Of a DNA stretch of 64,000 nt, positions 26,817 through 36,568 are shown piece after piece. Position numbers and translations under genes: made by a program. The notes below the pieces were generated by a model. That model was not told the DNA's origin, searched no databases, and saw only the letters and a list, made by a program, of their open reading frames with translations. The first letter of the stretch is position 1; each line of letters begins with the position of its first letter. The stretch lies in assembly GCA_017650925.1 (NCBI GenBank), contig JAGCDY010000085.1, positions 174 through 64,173 on the forward strand. The letters run 5' to 3'. This DNA comes from a bacterium (GTDB lineage Bacteria > Auribacterota > UBA3054).

Positions 26817-28715
26817 TCAGAGTAGTTTCTTCAAAAGTTCTTTTACCGAGCTTTCAATTTTCTGCATGATGTCGCCGCTTTCGCTTTCGCCAAGAAATCT
26901 TTTCGCGGCGGAGCTAAGCTTGTCATTGTAAAAATCAGTCACCAGCTGCAGCACGCGGTCCTCGAAGAGCGCCTTCTTTTCGGGGGAAAGATCGAGCGTG
27001 GCCTTGGGGGAGCTTATGCTTCCCGTCATCTTTATGGGGATCTCTATCGTGCCATTGTTGTTCAGGAAGAGCGAGGCCAGGGGCTGCTTGGAATATTGCG
27101 AGCTGAGGCTCTTGTTCAGTTTCAGCTTCAGCCTGTAGTCGATCTCGCCGAGCAGGGAACAGCTTCCGGAGGCGTTGATTTCGCCCATGTTTCCGTTAAG
27201 CGTGGTAGCGGGGGACTGGATGCTTCCGTTTTTTATGGTAAAACTGGCCGAATAGTTCCTGAGCTTTTCCTTGCCCAAAGACTGCATTATCTGCTGCAAA
27301 AACGGCAGCTCCTCCTTGGCCTTGGCGATGGTCGCCCCGGCGCCGAGAAGCCTCTGTAGCAGCAGGGGAGCTTTCCCTCCCTGCCAGTCGCTGCCCGCGA
27401 AATAACTGAGATTGACGTTGTTCGCGCTGACTTTTCCCTTGCCGTGGAGGCTTTTCAAAGTGTCTTCGCCTCCGTCCAGAAGGGCTGCGAGGCTGCCGTT
27501 GGTTAGAACGAGATCGGCTTTTAGCGAGCAGACGCCTCCCGGCATTCTCCCACTGCATTTGAAGTGCTCGAGCATATCGCTCATGGAAAGATCGCCGAGG
27601 TCTATTTTCGTTTCCAAAAGCGCGGAGCCCTTGGCAAGCTGACGCTCCCTGGAATTCACCACCGCGCTCCCGTGCCAGAATCCGGAAGTGAGGGAGAGGC
27701 TGGTTATTCGGTCGTTCTGGGCCATGAAATAAAGCCTGGCGCCTTCCAGATCCACTCCCAAAAGCTGTCCCTTGTCGAAGGTAAGGCTGCCTTTGGTCAG
27801 GAGTTTTCCGCTTTCGTCAGGATTGCCTTCCAGACGGCAGTCGAGTGAATCGAAATGCGAGACGCGGCGCTGCAGTCCGCAGAGCTGGGCAAGCTCCTTG
27901 GTGAAGTTGCCGCTGCCATTCAGTAAGAAGGTCAGGCCGTCTTTCGACTTCAGGATGCTGCCGGTCGAAAGGAATTTGTCCGCCATGAAGGAGATGCCGT
28001 TCAGCTCAATCTTATCCTTGTCGACGATGCAGTCGCAATCCAGGGTGAAAGGCACGTCGGAGACGTCCTCCACGATCCTTCCGTCCAGGATCGTCTTGGC
28101 GGCGGAGCGCTTGTGCCCTGTGAAGCTCAGGCTGTCTAAAAAGAGCGTTTTCGAAGAAGGCTCGTAGCGGCCTCTCGTCGTGAGCGCGCTTTCGCTGAGC
28201 GCCGGGCAGTCCACGTCGCAGCTTATGTTGAAATTGAGGCAGCCGTTTTTCTTTTTTGCATCGAAACGGATCCTCTGGAAATAAGCCGGGCGGGACTCAT
28301 CTTCCCAAAACTGGAGTTCGCTGACGTTGAGGTATGGTACGGCCGAAAGGAATGTTTTGACCCTTTCCCTGGCCCTGACCCATTCCATCGTGCGAATACT
28401 TCCTTTCTCCATGCCGAAGAAGGGCGAAAAGATCTGGTGCGGCCACATCTCGAAATGGATGTAGTCCAGGCACATTATGGCTTTCCCGTCGCCCTTGGCC
28501 TCGTAGAGGTCGAGCGCGGGGATGTCGATCTTGAAACGTCCCGTCCAGGACGAGAGCTTGAAGTCGACAACCTCGGCCCGGCACCTTAACGCCTTCGAGA
28601 TCTTCCTGGCCACGTGGTCCCGGAAGACGAAGTTGTTGGCGAAAAGAGGCGGAAGGATGGCGAAAGCCAGATACAGCCCGGGTATCACCAGAAGATGTCG
28701 CCAGGACAGTTTCAT
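26817..28715 (-). CDS. AsmA-like outer-membrane-biogenesis protein (weak call)
   Basis: N-terminal anchor helix and a long beta-rich body. The C-terminal IEIPIKMTGSISSPKATLD resembles the AsmA-family C-terminal motif. There is a 4-nt overlap with aspS. Confidence 0.45.
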   Translation of the reverse strand: MKLSWRHLLVIPGLYLAFAILPPLFANNFVFRDHVARKISKALRCRAEVVDFKLSSWTGRFKIDIPALDLYEAKGDGKAIMCLDYIHFEMWPHQIFSPFFGMEKGSIRTMEWVRARERVKTFLSAVPYLNVSELQFWEDESRPAYFQRIRFDAKKKNGCLNFNISCDVDCPALSESALTTRGRYEPSSKTLFLDSLSFTGHKRSAAKTILDGRIVEDVSDVPFTLDCDCIVDKDKIELNGISFMADKFLSTGSILKSKDGLTFLLNGSGNFTKELAQLCGLQRRVSHFDSLDCRLEGNPDESGKLLTKGSLTFDKGQLLGVDLEGARLYFMAQNDRITSLSLTSGFWHGSAVVNSRERQLAKGSALLETKIDLGDLSMSDMLEHFKCSGRMPGGVCSLKADLVLTNGSLAALLDGGEDTLKSLHGKGKVSANNVNLSYFAGSDWQGGKAPLLLQRLLGAGATIAKAKEELPFLQQIMQSLGKEKLRNYSASFTIKNGSIQSPATTLNGNMGEINASGSCSLLGEIDYRLKLKLNKSLSSQYSKQPLASLFLNNNGTIEIPIKMTGSISSPKATLDLSPEKKALFEDRVLQLVTDFYNDKLSSAAKRFLGESESGDIMQKIESSVKELLKKLL

Positions 28716-30481
28716 CCCTGCAGCTCTTCCTCTTCGGTTCTCGTTACGGCGATGGCCAGTTCGTCAAGCTGTTCGGGGCTGACGGTGGAGGGCGCGTCGG
28801 ACATGAGGTCGGTGGCCTTCAGGGTCTTCGGGAAGGCGATGACGTCCCTGATGTTGTTGCGGCCGGTCAGAAGCATCGTAAGTCTGTCGAGGCCGAAGGC
28901 GACGCCGGCATGCGGCGGGGCGCCGTATTTGAGCGCGTTGATGAAGAAGCCGAAGCGGTCTTCTATCTGCTGGGGCTCGAGCTTCAACAGCCTGAAGATG
29001 CGGTCCTGCAGCTTGGAGTCGTGGATACGGACGGAACCGGAGCCGACTTCGTAGCCGTTGATGACAAGGTCGTAGCTGTTGCTTCTGACATGCCCGGGGT
29101 CGGATTCCAGAATGTCGAAATCAAGGGCGTTGGGAGAGGTGAAGGGATGGTGTTCGCTAACCCAGCGTCCTTCCTCCTCGCTGTACTGGAAGAGAGGGAA
29201 GTCCGTGATCCAGGTGAAGGCGAAAGTATTTTCCGGAATGAGCTTCAGTTCCTGGCCAAGCTGCAGTCTGACTGCGCCCAAGCCTTTGCAGGCGGTGAGA
29301 GCCGGACCGGCGGACAGGATAAGTAGGTCGCCCTCGTCGGGGGACATCTGTTTTTCAAGCGCGGCCCATTCCTCGTCGGTCAGGCCTTTCATCGGGGACT
29401 TGCGGCCTTCCGCTTCATATTTGACGTAGAAGATGCCCTTGGCTTTTTCTTTCTTGGCGACTTCGTTCAGTTCGTCGAGCCTGCGGCGGGGGAGAGAGGC
29501 GCCGCCCTCTACCTTGATGCATCTGACGCTGCCGGCTTCTTCCAGAGCGGAAGCGAACGGCGGGAAGGCGCAGCCTTTGAAGATATCCGTAACGTTCTGG
29601 ATGACCATTCCGAAGCGCAGGTCCGGTTTGTCGGAGCCGTAGCCGTCCATGGCGTCCTGCCAGGTCATGTGCGGGAAGGGCGTTTCAATATCGTAGCCGG
29701 CCGTCTTGAAAGCCGTCTTCATAACGGCTTCGCCGACCTCGAAGACGTCCTCTTTTTCCGCGAAGGACATCTCAAGGTCGATCTGGGTGAACTCGGGCTG
29801 ACGTTCGGCTCTCAGGTCCTCGTCCCTGAAGCAGCGGGTGATCTGGAAGTATTTGTCCATGCCGGCCACCATAAGAAGCTGCTTTAGGAGCTGCGGAGAC
29901 TGCGGCAGAGCGTAGAATTTGCCGTGGTGCACGCGGCTGGGAACGAGGTAGTCCCTGGCGCCTTCCGGAGTAGACTTGGAAAGCACAGGCGTCTCAATTT
30001 CCCAGAATCCCAGGGAATCGAGGCAGTTGCGCACGGCGAGCGCGACCTTGTGCCTCAAGCCGAGGGCTTTCTGGAGATGCGCTCTCCTAAGGTCGAGGTA
30101 GCGGTAGCGCAGCCTCAGGTCGTCGGTGGGGTCTTCGTTTTCCAAATGAAAAGGCGGAGTCTCGGCCGTGTTGAAAACTTTGATGGAGGAGGCTAAGACT
30201 TCAATCTCCCCGGTGGGAAGATCCTTGTTTATCTGGTCGCCGCGCGAGCGGACCTTGCCGCTGACGCAGATGACGTATTCGCCCCTTATGTCTTTGGCGA
30301 TCTCGTGGGCTTCCGGCGCGGCGGCCGGGTCGAAGACGATCTGCGTGATGCCTTCCCTGTCCCTAAGATCGACGAAGATCAAGTTTCCCAAGGCCCTGCG
30401 GCGTCTTACCCAACCGCAAAGCGTAACATCCTTGCCCTGATCGGCGCTCCTCAGCGCGTTGCAGGAATGAGTTCTTTTCAT
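28712..30481 (-). CDS. aspS: Aspartate--tRNA ligase
   Basis: Class II motifs FQITRCFRDEDLRA and GLDRLTML. N-terminal OB fold: GWVRRRRALGNLIFVDLRDREG. Confidence 0.95.
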   Translation of the reverse strand: MKRTHSCNALRSADQGKDVTLCGWVRRRRALGNLIFVDLRDREGITQIVFDPAAAPEAHEIAKDIRGEYVICVSGKVRSRGDQINKDLPTGEIEVLASSIKVFNTAETPPFHLENEDPTDDLRLRYRYLDLRRAHLQKALGLRHKVALAVRNCLDSLGFWEIETPVLSKSTPEGARDYLVPSRVHHGKFYALPQSPQLLKQLLMVAGMDKYFQITRCFRDEDLRAERQPEFTQIDLEMSFAEKEDVFEVGEAVMKTAFKTAGYDIETPFPHMTWQDAMDGYGSDKPDLRFGMVIQNVTDIFKGCAFPPFASALEEAGSVRCIKVEGGASLPRRRLDELNEVAKKEKAKGIFYVKYEAEGRKSPMKGLTDEEWAALEKQMSPDEGDLLILSAGPALTACKGLGAVRLQLGQELKLIPENTFAFTWITDFPLFQYSEEEGRWVSEHHPFTSPNALDFDILESDPGHVRSNSYDLVINGYEVGSGSVRIHDSKLQDRIFRLLKLEPQQIEDRFGFFINALKYGAPPHAGVAFGLDRLTMLLTGRNNIRDVIAFPKTLKATDLMSDAPSTVSPEQLDELAIAVTRTEEEELQG

Positions 30482-30499
30482 TTGTTTTCCTTAAATAAT

Positions 30500-31777
30500 T
30501 TATTGATTTTTACCTAGACGGCTGCCGGGGAAAAGCTGTTTGGCCAACGCCACGTCGCCTTCCGGAGTCTCTTTCTTTTTCGGTTCGCTGTTTTCTTTTT
30601 CTTTCTCCGCCAGAACGGAGCCCTTTTCAAGCGCCTCCAGTTTGGCGAATATCATGTCGGGACTGATCCTTGCCCTGATGTGGATCAGCTTCAGGACAGC
30701 CAGTTCCAGAACGGTCTGCTTCGCTTCCGTGGCCGAAAGTTTCGGCAGGATCTGCAGAAGCTCGTCTATCGCCGCTGTAAGCTGGCCTATGGTGTATTTC
30801 TCGCCGGCCTTCTTCAGTTCGGCCATGTATTCCGGGCTTTCCTCCAGAAGGCTTCCGGGATCGCTCGTCACTTTCAGGACCGTCAGATTGCGGAAGAACT
30901 GGACAAGGCTCAGTATGAACTGTTCGGGATCGCGTCCGCCTTCCATGACTTTTCCGACGCATCTTAAGGCGCTCTCGTGGTCCTTTCTTGCGATGGCGTC
31001 CGAGAGTTCTATGATGATCTCTCTGTTGGTGAGTCCCAAAAGGGCGGCGACGTCTTTTTCGGTCACGGATTCACCGCCCCAGGCCAGGACCTGGTCGAAT
31101 ACCGAGAGCGCGTCGCGCATGCTGCCGTTGCCGGCTCTCGCCACGGCCGCGATGGCGTCCGGCGAGGCCTTGAGGCCCTCTTTTTCCGCCATCATGGAAA
31201 GGTAGGCGTTCAGAGTGTTCCAATCCATGCGGTGCAGCTCGAACTTCTGGACGCGGGACAGTATCGTCGGAGGGATCTTCTGCGGATCCGTCGTGGCGAA
31301 GAAGAACTTCACGTGCGCCGGCGGCTCCTCGAGAGTTTTCAAAAGCGCGTTGAAGGCCTCCTTGGTCAGCATGTGCACTTCGTCGATGATGTAGATCTTG
31401 AAACGCGAAGAGACTGGCGCTATGGAGACGGTGTCCCTGATCTGCCTGATGTTGTCTATCGTGCGGTTAGAGGCGCCGTCGATCTCGATCACATCCAGTG
31501 AGCTGCCGTCCCTTATGGCCTGGCAGCTGGCGCATTCGCAGCAGGGCTCGGGCACGGGGGAGTCGGACGACTGGCAGTTCAGAGCCTTGGCCAGGATGCG
31601 GGCGATCGTGGTCTTACCCGTTCCGCGCGTCCCGATGAAGAGGTAGCCCTGGCCGACCCTTTTCTGAATTATGGCGTTTTTGAGCGTCGTGACGATGTGA
31701 TCCTGGCCGACCACTTCGGAGAAGCGCTGCGGCCTCCAGCGTCTGGCCAGGACCTGATAGTTGTTGCTTTCGGACAT
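30500..31777 (-). CDS. dnaX: DNA polymerase III subunit gamma/tau (short form, 425 aa)
   Basis: LARRWRPQRFSEVVGQDH, GTRGTGKTT (Walker A), the Zn module CCECASCQAI, and DEVHMLT. Confidence 0.93.
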   Translation of the reverse strand: MSESNNYQVLARRWRPQRFSEVVGQDHIVTTLKNAIIQKRVGQGYLFIGTRGTGKTTIARILAKALNCQSSDSPVPEPCCECASCQAIRDGSSLDVIEIDGASNRTIDNIRQIRDTVSIAPVSSRFKIYIIDEVHMLTKEAFNALLKTLEEPPAHVKFFFATTDPQKIPPTILSRVQKFELHRMDWNTLNAYLSMMAEKEGLKASPDAIAAVARAGNGSMRDALSVFDQVLAWGGESVTEKDVAALLGLTNREIIIELSDAIARKDHESALRCVGKVMEGGRDPEQFILSLVQFFRNLTVLKVTSDPGSLLEESPEYMAELKKAGEKYTIGQLTAAIDELLQILPKLSATEAKQTVLELAVLKLIHIRARISPDMIFAKLEALEKGSVLAEKEKENSEPKKKETPEGDVALAKQLFPGSRLGKNQ

Positions 31778-32490
31778 TACTCTTCTTCGGTTGCGGGTTT
31801 GGTTTCGGTCTCGGCTTCGGTTTCGTCTTCAGCGTCGGCTTCGGTCTCGCTTTCGGTTTCCTCTACCTCTTCAGCGTCCGCATCCTCTACCTCTTCAACT
31901 TCCACTTCTTCCACTTCCTCTTCCACGTTGTCAAAAGGATTGTTCAAAAGTACGATGTCGTTGACGACGTCCATCTTTTCTTCCACGAAATCGCTGGTAT
32001 CGGTGATGTCATAATCCTCGTCGACGAAGGCGCCGAGAGTGAAGGTGTCGAAAAGGCCGCGCAAGACGAGGCAGGGGGCGTAGACGGCGCCGCAGACCGC
32101 GCCAACACCCGCGCCCACCGTGGTGGTCAGAGGAACTATCGCCATGCCGCCGTAGTTCTCCATGGCCGGGAGCAGTCCCGCTCCGGCGCCCACGCCAGTG
32201 AAGGCCAGGGGCACGCCAAGGGAAGCCAATATTTCGGCCGGGCCGGCAAGATACGACTTTTCAAGGAAGCCTTTTTCTTCATTTTCTTCTTCCTCTTCGC
32301 CGCTTTCCTCGGCGACGGGCTCGACAGTGATCTCCACTATCTCGACCACGCCGGAATCGATGGCGTCGTTCTCGGCTTCCTGCGCGAGATGATCAGGGGT
32401 GACGGAAGTTTCCGTGAATTCGATCTTCGGGGCGGTCTCTTCGCCGAAAAGGAAAAGAGGGAACAATAAAAAGGGGATGAATTTTTTCAT
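31777..32490 (-). CDS. Secreted acidic protein with central Gly-rich hydrophobic core; unknown function
   Basis: Signal peptide MKKFIPFLLFPLFLFG, E-rich flanks, a GVGAGAGLL...GAGVGAVCGAVYA core, and a C-terminal E/T/A/D low-complexity tail. Its TAA overlaps the dnaX ATG (TAATG). Confidence 0.6.
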   Translation of the reverse strand: MKKFIPFLLFPLFLFGEETAPKIEFTETSVTPDHLAQEAENDAIDSGVVEIVEITVEPVAEESGEEEEENEEKGFLEKSYLAGPAEILASLGVPLAFTGVGAGAGLLPAMENYGGMAIVPLTTTVGAGVGAVCGAVYAPCLVLRGLFDTFTLGAFVDEDYDITDTSDFVEEKMDVVNDIVLLNNPFDNVEEEVEEVEVEEVEDADAEEVEETESETEADAEDETEAETETKPATEEE

Positions 32491-32501
32491 GTATGGACTC
32501 C

Positions 32502-34313
32502 TTATTGTTGATTTAAAGCCTTAAGTTGTTCTTTTGCTTCTTCACAGTTCTCGCCGTTGGGGGAGAGTGAAAGGTATTTCTCAAAATCTTTTTTCGCCGA
32601 CTTGTTGCGACCCATGTAGCGGTTCACCACGCCCCTTAAGTAATAGCCGTCGGCGTAATCGGGGTTGAGCTCGATCATGCGGTTGAGCTGTCCGAGGGCC
32701 TTGTCCGGCTTTCCGGTGCTGAGGTAAAGGATCGCGATGTTGTAGCGGAAAAGAGGATTGTCCTTGTCGCTGTCGATAGCGGAAAGGTAATTGTTGATGG
32801 CGTATTTCATTTCGCCGGCGAGCTGGTAGGCGCTGCCGAGGACGGCGAAGGCTCTCGGATGGACTATGTGCCACTTCGGCATGTTTTCAGACAACAGATC
32901 TATGACGTAGGCGTGGTCGCCTGTCTCTTCCATATACGCCGAGGCGTAGTTGATCATCACTCTCTGCTTACCACCGGCTTTAGTCATGGCGTCTCCCCAG
33001 ATGGTCCTTTCGGTCTGCCAGACCTTGCTGCGCTGGTAAGTGGCCGCGGCGTAAAGCAGGAGCGCGGCCGGAAGGCAGACTTTCATGGCGTAGGTGAAAG
33101 CCTTGGGAAGAGATTCGGACATGATCCTCAAAAGGTCGGCGAAGATCCAGATAAGGCCCGCCACGGAAAGGTACATCCTGTGCTCGAAAGCCAGATCGAG
33201 CGTCGGCATGAAGGAGCTCTGCGGCAGCAGCGGGAAAATGAAAAAGAAAAAGCCGAAGCTTGCCAGAGGATACTTGTGGCGCACCTTAAAGAAAACGACG
33301 CAGCAGGCGAGGAGTATGCAGACGGGGACGATCCACTGCCAGCTCAAAAAGCTGGTGCAGAGCGGAATGTCGTGATCGATGCAAAGCAGGCCCGGCATGA
33401 AGAAAAGCGCGACGTAGAAGAGGATCACGAAAGGCTGCGTCAGGAAATACGTGAGCCTGGACAATCCCTCCACGTTGTAGTCTATGTGCCTCATGCCGCC
33501 CACGCTCTTAAGAGAGCCCATGATAAGTTCGGGGTCCCATTTGTTCAGGTGGCAGAAGACCACGGCGGGCAGGACCAAAAAGAGGAAAATGACGCCCAGA
33601 AGCTCGAGGATCAAATACTTTTTCTGGTGCGACTTCAGGTACTTCAGTTCCGGGCTAGCCTCGAAGAGCCAGAGAAGGACGATGCAGGCGACGGGCGCCG
33701 TGACGATCGTCTCCTTGCAGAAAAGGCCGATGACGAAGGAAATGACCGCGCAGGGTATGGCTATCGCTTTGCGCCAGTGCGCGAAATAAGCCCTCGTCAC
33801 GAAGTAGAGCGTCAGAAGATAGAAGAAGGCCGAGAAAAGCGTGAAGCGCTGGCCTATGTAGATGACCGGCATGGTCTGCAGCGGAATAAGGGCGAAGAAA
33901 AAGGCGATGAGGGCCGCGGAAAGCTGCACGCCAAGGCTTGCCTTGTCGATCTTGTCCCTCAGCCGCAGTGGGAGCAGGAGCGGCAGGCTTATGAGATAAA
34001 CGAGCCAGGAGTTCAGGGCGTGCAGGAAGAAATTAAAAAGGTGCAGCGAAACGAGCCTGGCGCTTTCAGGTGTGAAGACCTTGCCGACAACGTCCGTGAC
34101 CGCCGGCCTCAAACTCAGCCAATATGACAGGAACACCAGCCATCTCGTGGGGTACTTCTTGATCAGGGGGATCAGCTTGGCGTCGACCAGATCGTTGGCG
34201 ACTATGATCTCGAAATCGTCAAGATGATACGACGATGCGACGCTGGGGTAATAGGCCAGCAGTATCGCCAGGAGAAGCAGCGGAAAAACGAGATATTTGA
34301 AAGCTTTCGTCAT
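32502..34313 (-). CDS. TMTC-like membrane protein (GT-C fold, DUF1736-like block, C-terminal TPRs), paralogue-type of 13906..15441
   Basis: SSYHLDDFEIIVANDLV, HLFNFFLHALNSWLVY and GLFCKETIVTAPV. C-terminal TPRs (AFAVLGSAYQLAGEMKYAINNYLSAIDSD.., LNPDYADGYYLRGV..). Confidence 0.65.
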   Translation of the reverse strand: MTKAFKYLVFPLLLLAILLAYYPSVASSYHLDDFEIIVANDLVDAKLIPLIKKYPTRWLVFLSYWLSLRPAVTDVVGKVFTPESARLVSLHLFNFFLHALNSWLVYLISLPLLLPLRLRDKIDKASLGVQLSAALIAFFFALIPLQTMPVIYIGQRFTLFSAFFYLLTLYFVTRAYFAHWRKAIAIPCAVISFVIGLFCKETIVTAPVACIVLLWLFEASPELKYLKSHQKKYLILELLGVIFLFLVLPAVVFCHLNKWDPELIMGSLKSVGGMRHIDYNVEGLSRLTYFLTQPFVILFYVALFFMPGLLCIDHDIPLCTSFLSWQWIVPVCILLACCVVFFKVRHKYPLASFGFFFFIFPLLPQSSFMPTLDLAFEHRMYLSVAGLIWIFADLLRIMSESLPKAFTYAMKVCLPAALLLYAAATYQRSKVWQTERTIWGDAMTKAGGKQRVMINYASAYMEETGDHAYVIDLLSENMPKWHIVHPRAFAVLGSAYQLAGEMKYAINNYLSAIDSDKDNPLFRYNIAILYLSTGKPDKALGQLNRMIELNPDYADGYYLRGVVNRYMGRNKSAKKDFEKYLSLSPNGENCEEAKEQLKALNQQ

Positions 34314-34317
34314 TTTA

Positions 34318-36561
34318 TCAGAAGGTTAGTTTTTCTCCGGGCTTGAGCACTTTCTCGATGTGCTGCGCTTCGGGGGTCGCGAAATCGATAGTCACCTTCA
34401 CTCCGCCCTTAACAGGAGTCAGGAAAATATCGAAGGTGAAGGGCCCGATGTGGAAATTGGCGAGGCCGTAGTTTGATCCTTCCTTCCAGCTTGTGGGGAT
34501 GGTCGGGCTGATCTCTATGCTGGGATAGTCCGTCTCGAGTTCCCTGATGCCGAAGATGTTCCTTATGACCATGGCGGGAAGCGTCGCGCCCCAGCCGTAG
34601 TGCTCGGCGCCGCATTCCCAGACGGGATCGGGCACAAGCGGCCAGAATTCCGAAGCCTGGCCGGGCATCTTGTAGCGGAAGCAGTTGGGGAAGGTCGTCT
34701 TGTGGCGGGTGGCTAGGGGACGCACATCCCTCGCGGTCTCCCTGGCGTACACGCGGTCGCCGGTGGCAAGGAGAAGGTCGCTGACCATCTCCGTCTGCTT
34801 GGCGCGCCTGGCCGCCTCGGTGAAGGGGAACTGGAAGGAGGGCCACTCCAGCATCAGCTTGGGATTCTCGATGAAATACTTGAAACTCGAGCGCATTTCC
34901 TCTATCTGCTCGGGCAGCGCGACGCCGACCGTTATGGGCAGAATCATCATGACGTCGTAGTAGTCCTTAAGGATTATCGGCTTGTTGCTTCTGGCGTCGA
35001 AATCCCTGAACCAGCCTTCGCAGAACATCTCCCTGGTCCTTTTGATGCGCTCTTTGGCGAGCTCCTGCCAGTAGGGGATGTCGTTCTCAAGTCCGAGCTG
35101 CTTGGCGAAGATCGCCATGGACTCCATGGCGTGCGCCATGACGGCCTCGACGTCCACGGTCCTGACGAAATCAACGACGTCGGATTCGTTACAGCCGTCG
35201 AAGGTGAAGCGCTTGCTGCCGTCCTGGCCGGATTCCCAGGAGTTGTTGCAGTGAAACCAGCCCTCGGCGTCCGTCCTGTTCTCGAGCCACCAGCTGATGA
35301 AGGCCCTTAAGTAAGGGTAAAGCTTCCTCAGCCAGGAAAGGTCGTGCTCGCGGAAAAAGATCGAGCGGATGACGTAGAAGGGAAGTCCCCAGACCGGGGA
35401 CGTTCCACACTCGGAACCGCCGGCGCCTATCATGTTCATGCTGCCGTCTTCCCTCGAGCAGGGGACGTTCGGCATGGGCGCATCCTTGAAGCAGCCGTAG
35501 ATGACTTCCTTGGCCGTTTCCGGGTCGGCGTAGGCGAAGCACATCATGTCGAGGTGCGTTTCGCCCAGAACGCAGCGGGGCGAGAATATCTGCATGGCGT
35601 CCCAGGGAGTCGTGTAGATGCCCACGGGCGGCCTAACGGTCATCCTCAGCGTTTCCCAGTCCTGGACCCAGCCCTGTTTCCAGCTGTCGCTCCAATCTCC
35701 TTCCAGGACAGGCGTGCGGGAATAGAATTCCTCGTCCTCCGCCATCTTTTTATGCTTCAGGCTGTCGTAGTCGAGTTTGATCTTGCAGAACCTGCGCCAG
35801 GCATAAGCCTCGTTGCGTTCCCTGACGAAGTAGAAGCGCCCGGTCCTTGAAGTCTTGCCGTCCAGCGTGAAACTGTAATCCGAGAAGGTCTCCGCGGCCA
35901 CGTACTCCGGGAATTCGCGCGTACCGTAATCGGCGTCGTTCAGTTCGTCGCCGACCCATTCGGAGGGATCGTCTCCCTCTTTGTAAAACTTGAGGCCGGT
36001 CCTCAAGGGGGCGTCGTCGGAACCAAGCGTGAAGACTGCGCCGCCTTCCCAGATCTTGTTTATCCAGGCTTTCTTTTCCTTCACGAAGCGGCAGACCACA
36101 CCTGAGCTGCCCCACCAGGGCTTCTCGATATAGCCGAAAAGGTTGGAGAGCCTGAGCGTGACTTTCTGCTGGTCGTAGAGATCGTTTTTGATCTCGTAAT
36201 CGCAGGCGATGGTTTCCTCGTCCGCCAGGAGGTAGGTGACCCTGAAGCTGAGACCGTGCCCTTCCCAGTCATAGCTCATCAGATTCTTGGTGTGGATCCT
36301 GGAGCAGACGGCCTGGGCTTTCGCCTCGGCGATAGTGGAGATCCTGACCTTTTCCGTAAGAAGGGAAAGCCTAAGAAAGGAAAGGTAGTTGTTGTAGCTC
36401 GGGCAGACGCCGCTGGCGTAAGTCCAGGGAAGCGAGCGCTTCCAGAAGCCGAATCCCAAAGGCGGGACCGATCTCACCACGCCGGAAATATTCAGGCGCG
36501 CGGTGTGATAGGGGTTGTCCAGATAACCGAACGGCGTGAAATCGTAATGGGGAACTTTCAT
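34318..36561 (-). CDS. (alpha/alpha)6-barrel glycoside hydrolase, GH63/MGH1-like (tentative)
   Basis: 747 aa with no signal peptide. The blocks WFHCNNSWESGQDGSKRF and HYGWGATLPAMVIRNIFGI resemble the catalytic-domain motifs of the GH63/trehalase-like clan. Confidence 0.45.
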   Translation of the reverse strand: MKVPHYDFTPFGYLDNPYHTARLNISGVVRSVPPLGFGFWKRSLPWTYASGVCPSYNNYLSFLRLSLLTEKVRISTIAEAKAQAVCSRIHTKNLMSYDWEGHGLSFRVTYLLADEETIACDYEIKNDLYDQQKVTLRLSNLFGYIEKPWWGSSGVVCRFVKEKKAWINKIWEGGAVFTLGSDDAPLRTGLKFYKEGDDPSEWVGDELNDADYGTREFPEYVAAETFSDYSFTLDGKTSRTGRFYFVRERNEAYAWRRFCKIKLDYDSLKHKKMAEDEEFYSRTPVLEGDWSDSWKQGWVQDWETLRMTVRPPVGIYTTPWDAMQIFSPRCVLGETHLDMMCFAYADPETAKEVIYGCFKDAPMPNVPCSREDGSMNMIGAGGSECGTSPVWGLPFYVIRSIFFREHDLSWLRKLYPYLRAFISWWLENRTDAEGWFHCNNSWESGQDGSKRFTFDGCNESDVVDFVRTVDVEAVMAHAMESMAIFAKQLGLENDIPYWQELAKERIKRTREMFCEGWFRDFDARSNKPIILKDYYDVMMILPITVGVALPEQIEEMRSSFKYFIENPKLMLEWPSFQFPFTEAARRAKQTEMVSDLLLATGDRVYARETARDVRPLATRHKTTFPNCFRYKMPGQASEFWPLVPDPVWECGAEHYGWGATLPAMVIRNIFGIRELETDYPSIEISPTIPTSWKEGSNYGLANFHIGPFTFDIFLTPVKGGVKVTIDFATPEAQHIEKVLKPGEKLTF

Positions 36562-36568
36562 ATGAAAA

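Noticed and set aside
30571-30583. A possible programmed -1 frameshift site in dnaX (CCG AAA AAG AAA G on the - strand).
   Set aside because: It is not the canonical A AAA AAG heptamer context. It lies about 22 codons from the stop of an already short dnaX, and no downstream stem-loop was seen.
31780-31960. Periodic DNA (ggtttcggtctcggcttcggtttcgtcttc...) that looks like a tandem repeat or a CRISPR-like array.
   Set aside because: The units are short, imperfect 6-9-nt codon-level repeats encoding the E/T/A/D tail of the 31777..32490 protein. There is no repeat-spacer structure. No CRISPR array was seen anywhere in the window.
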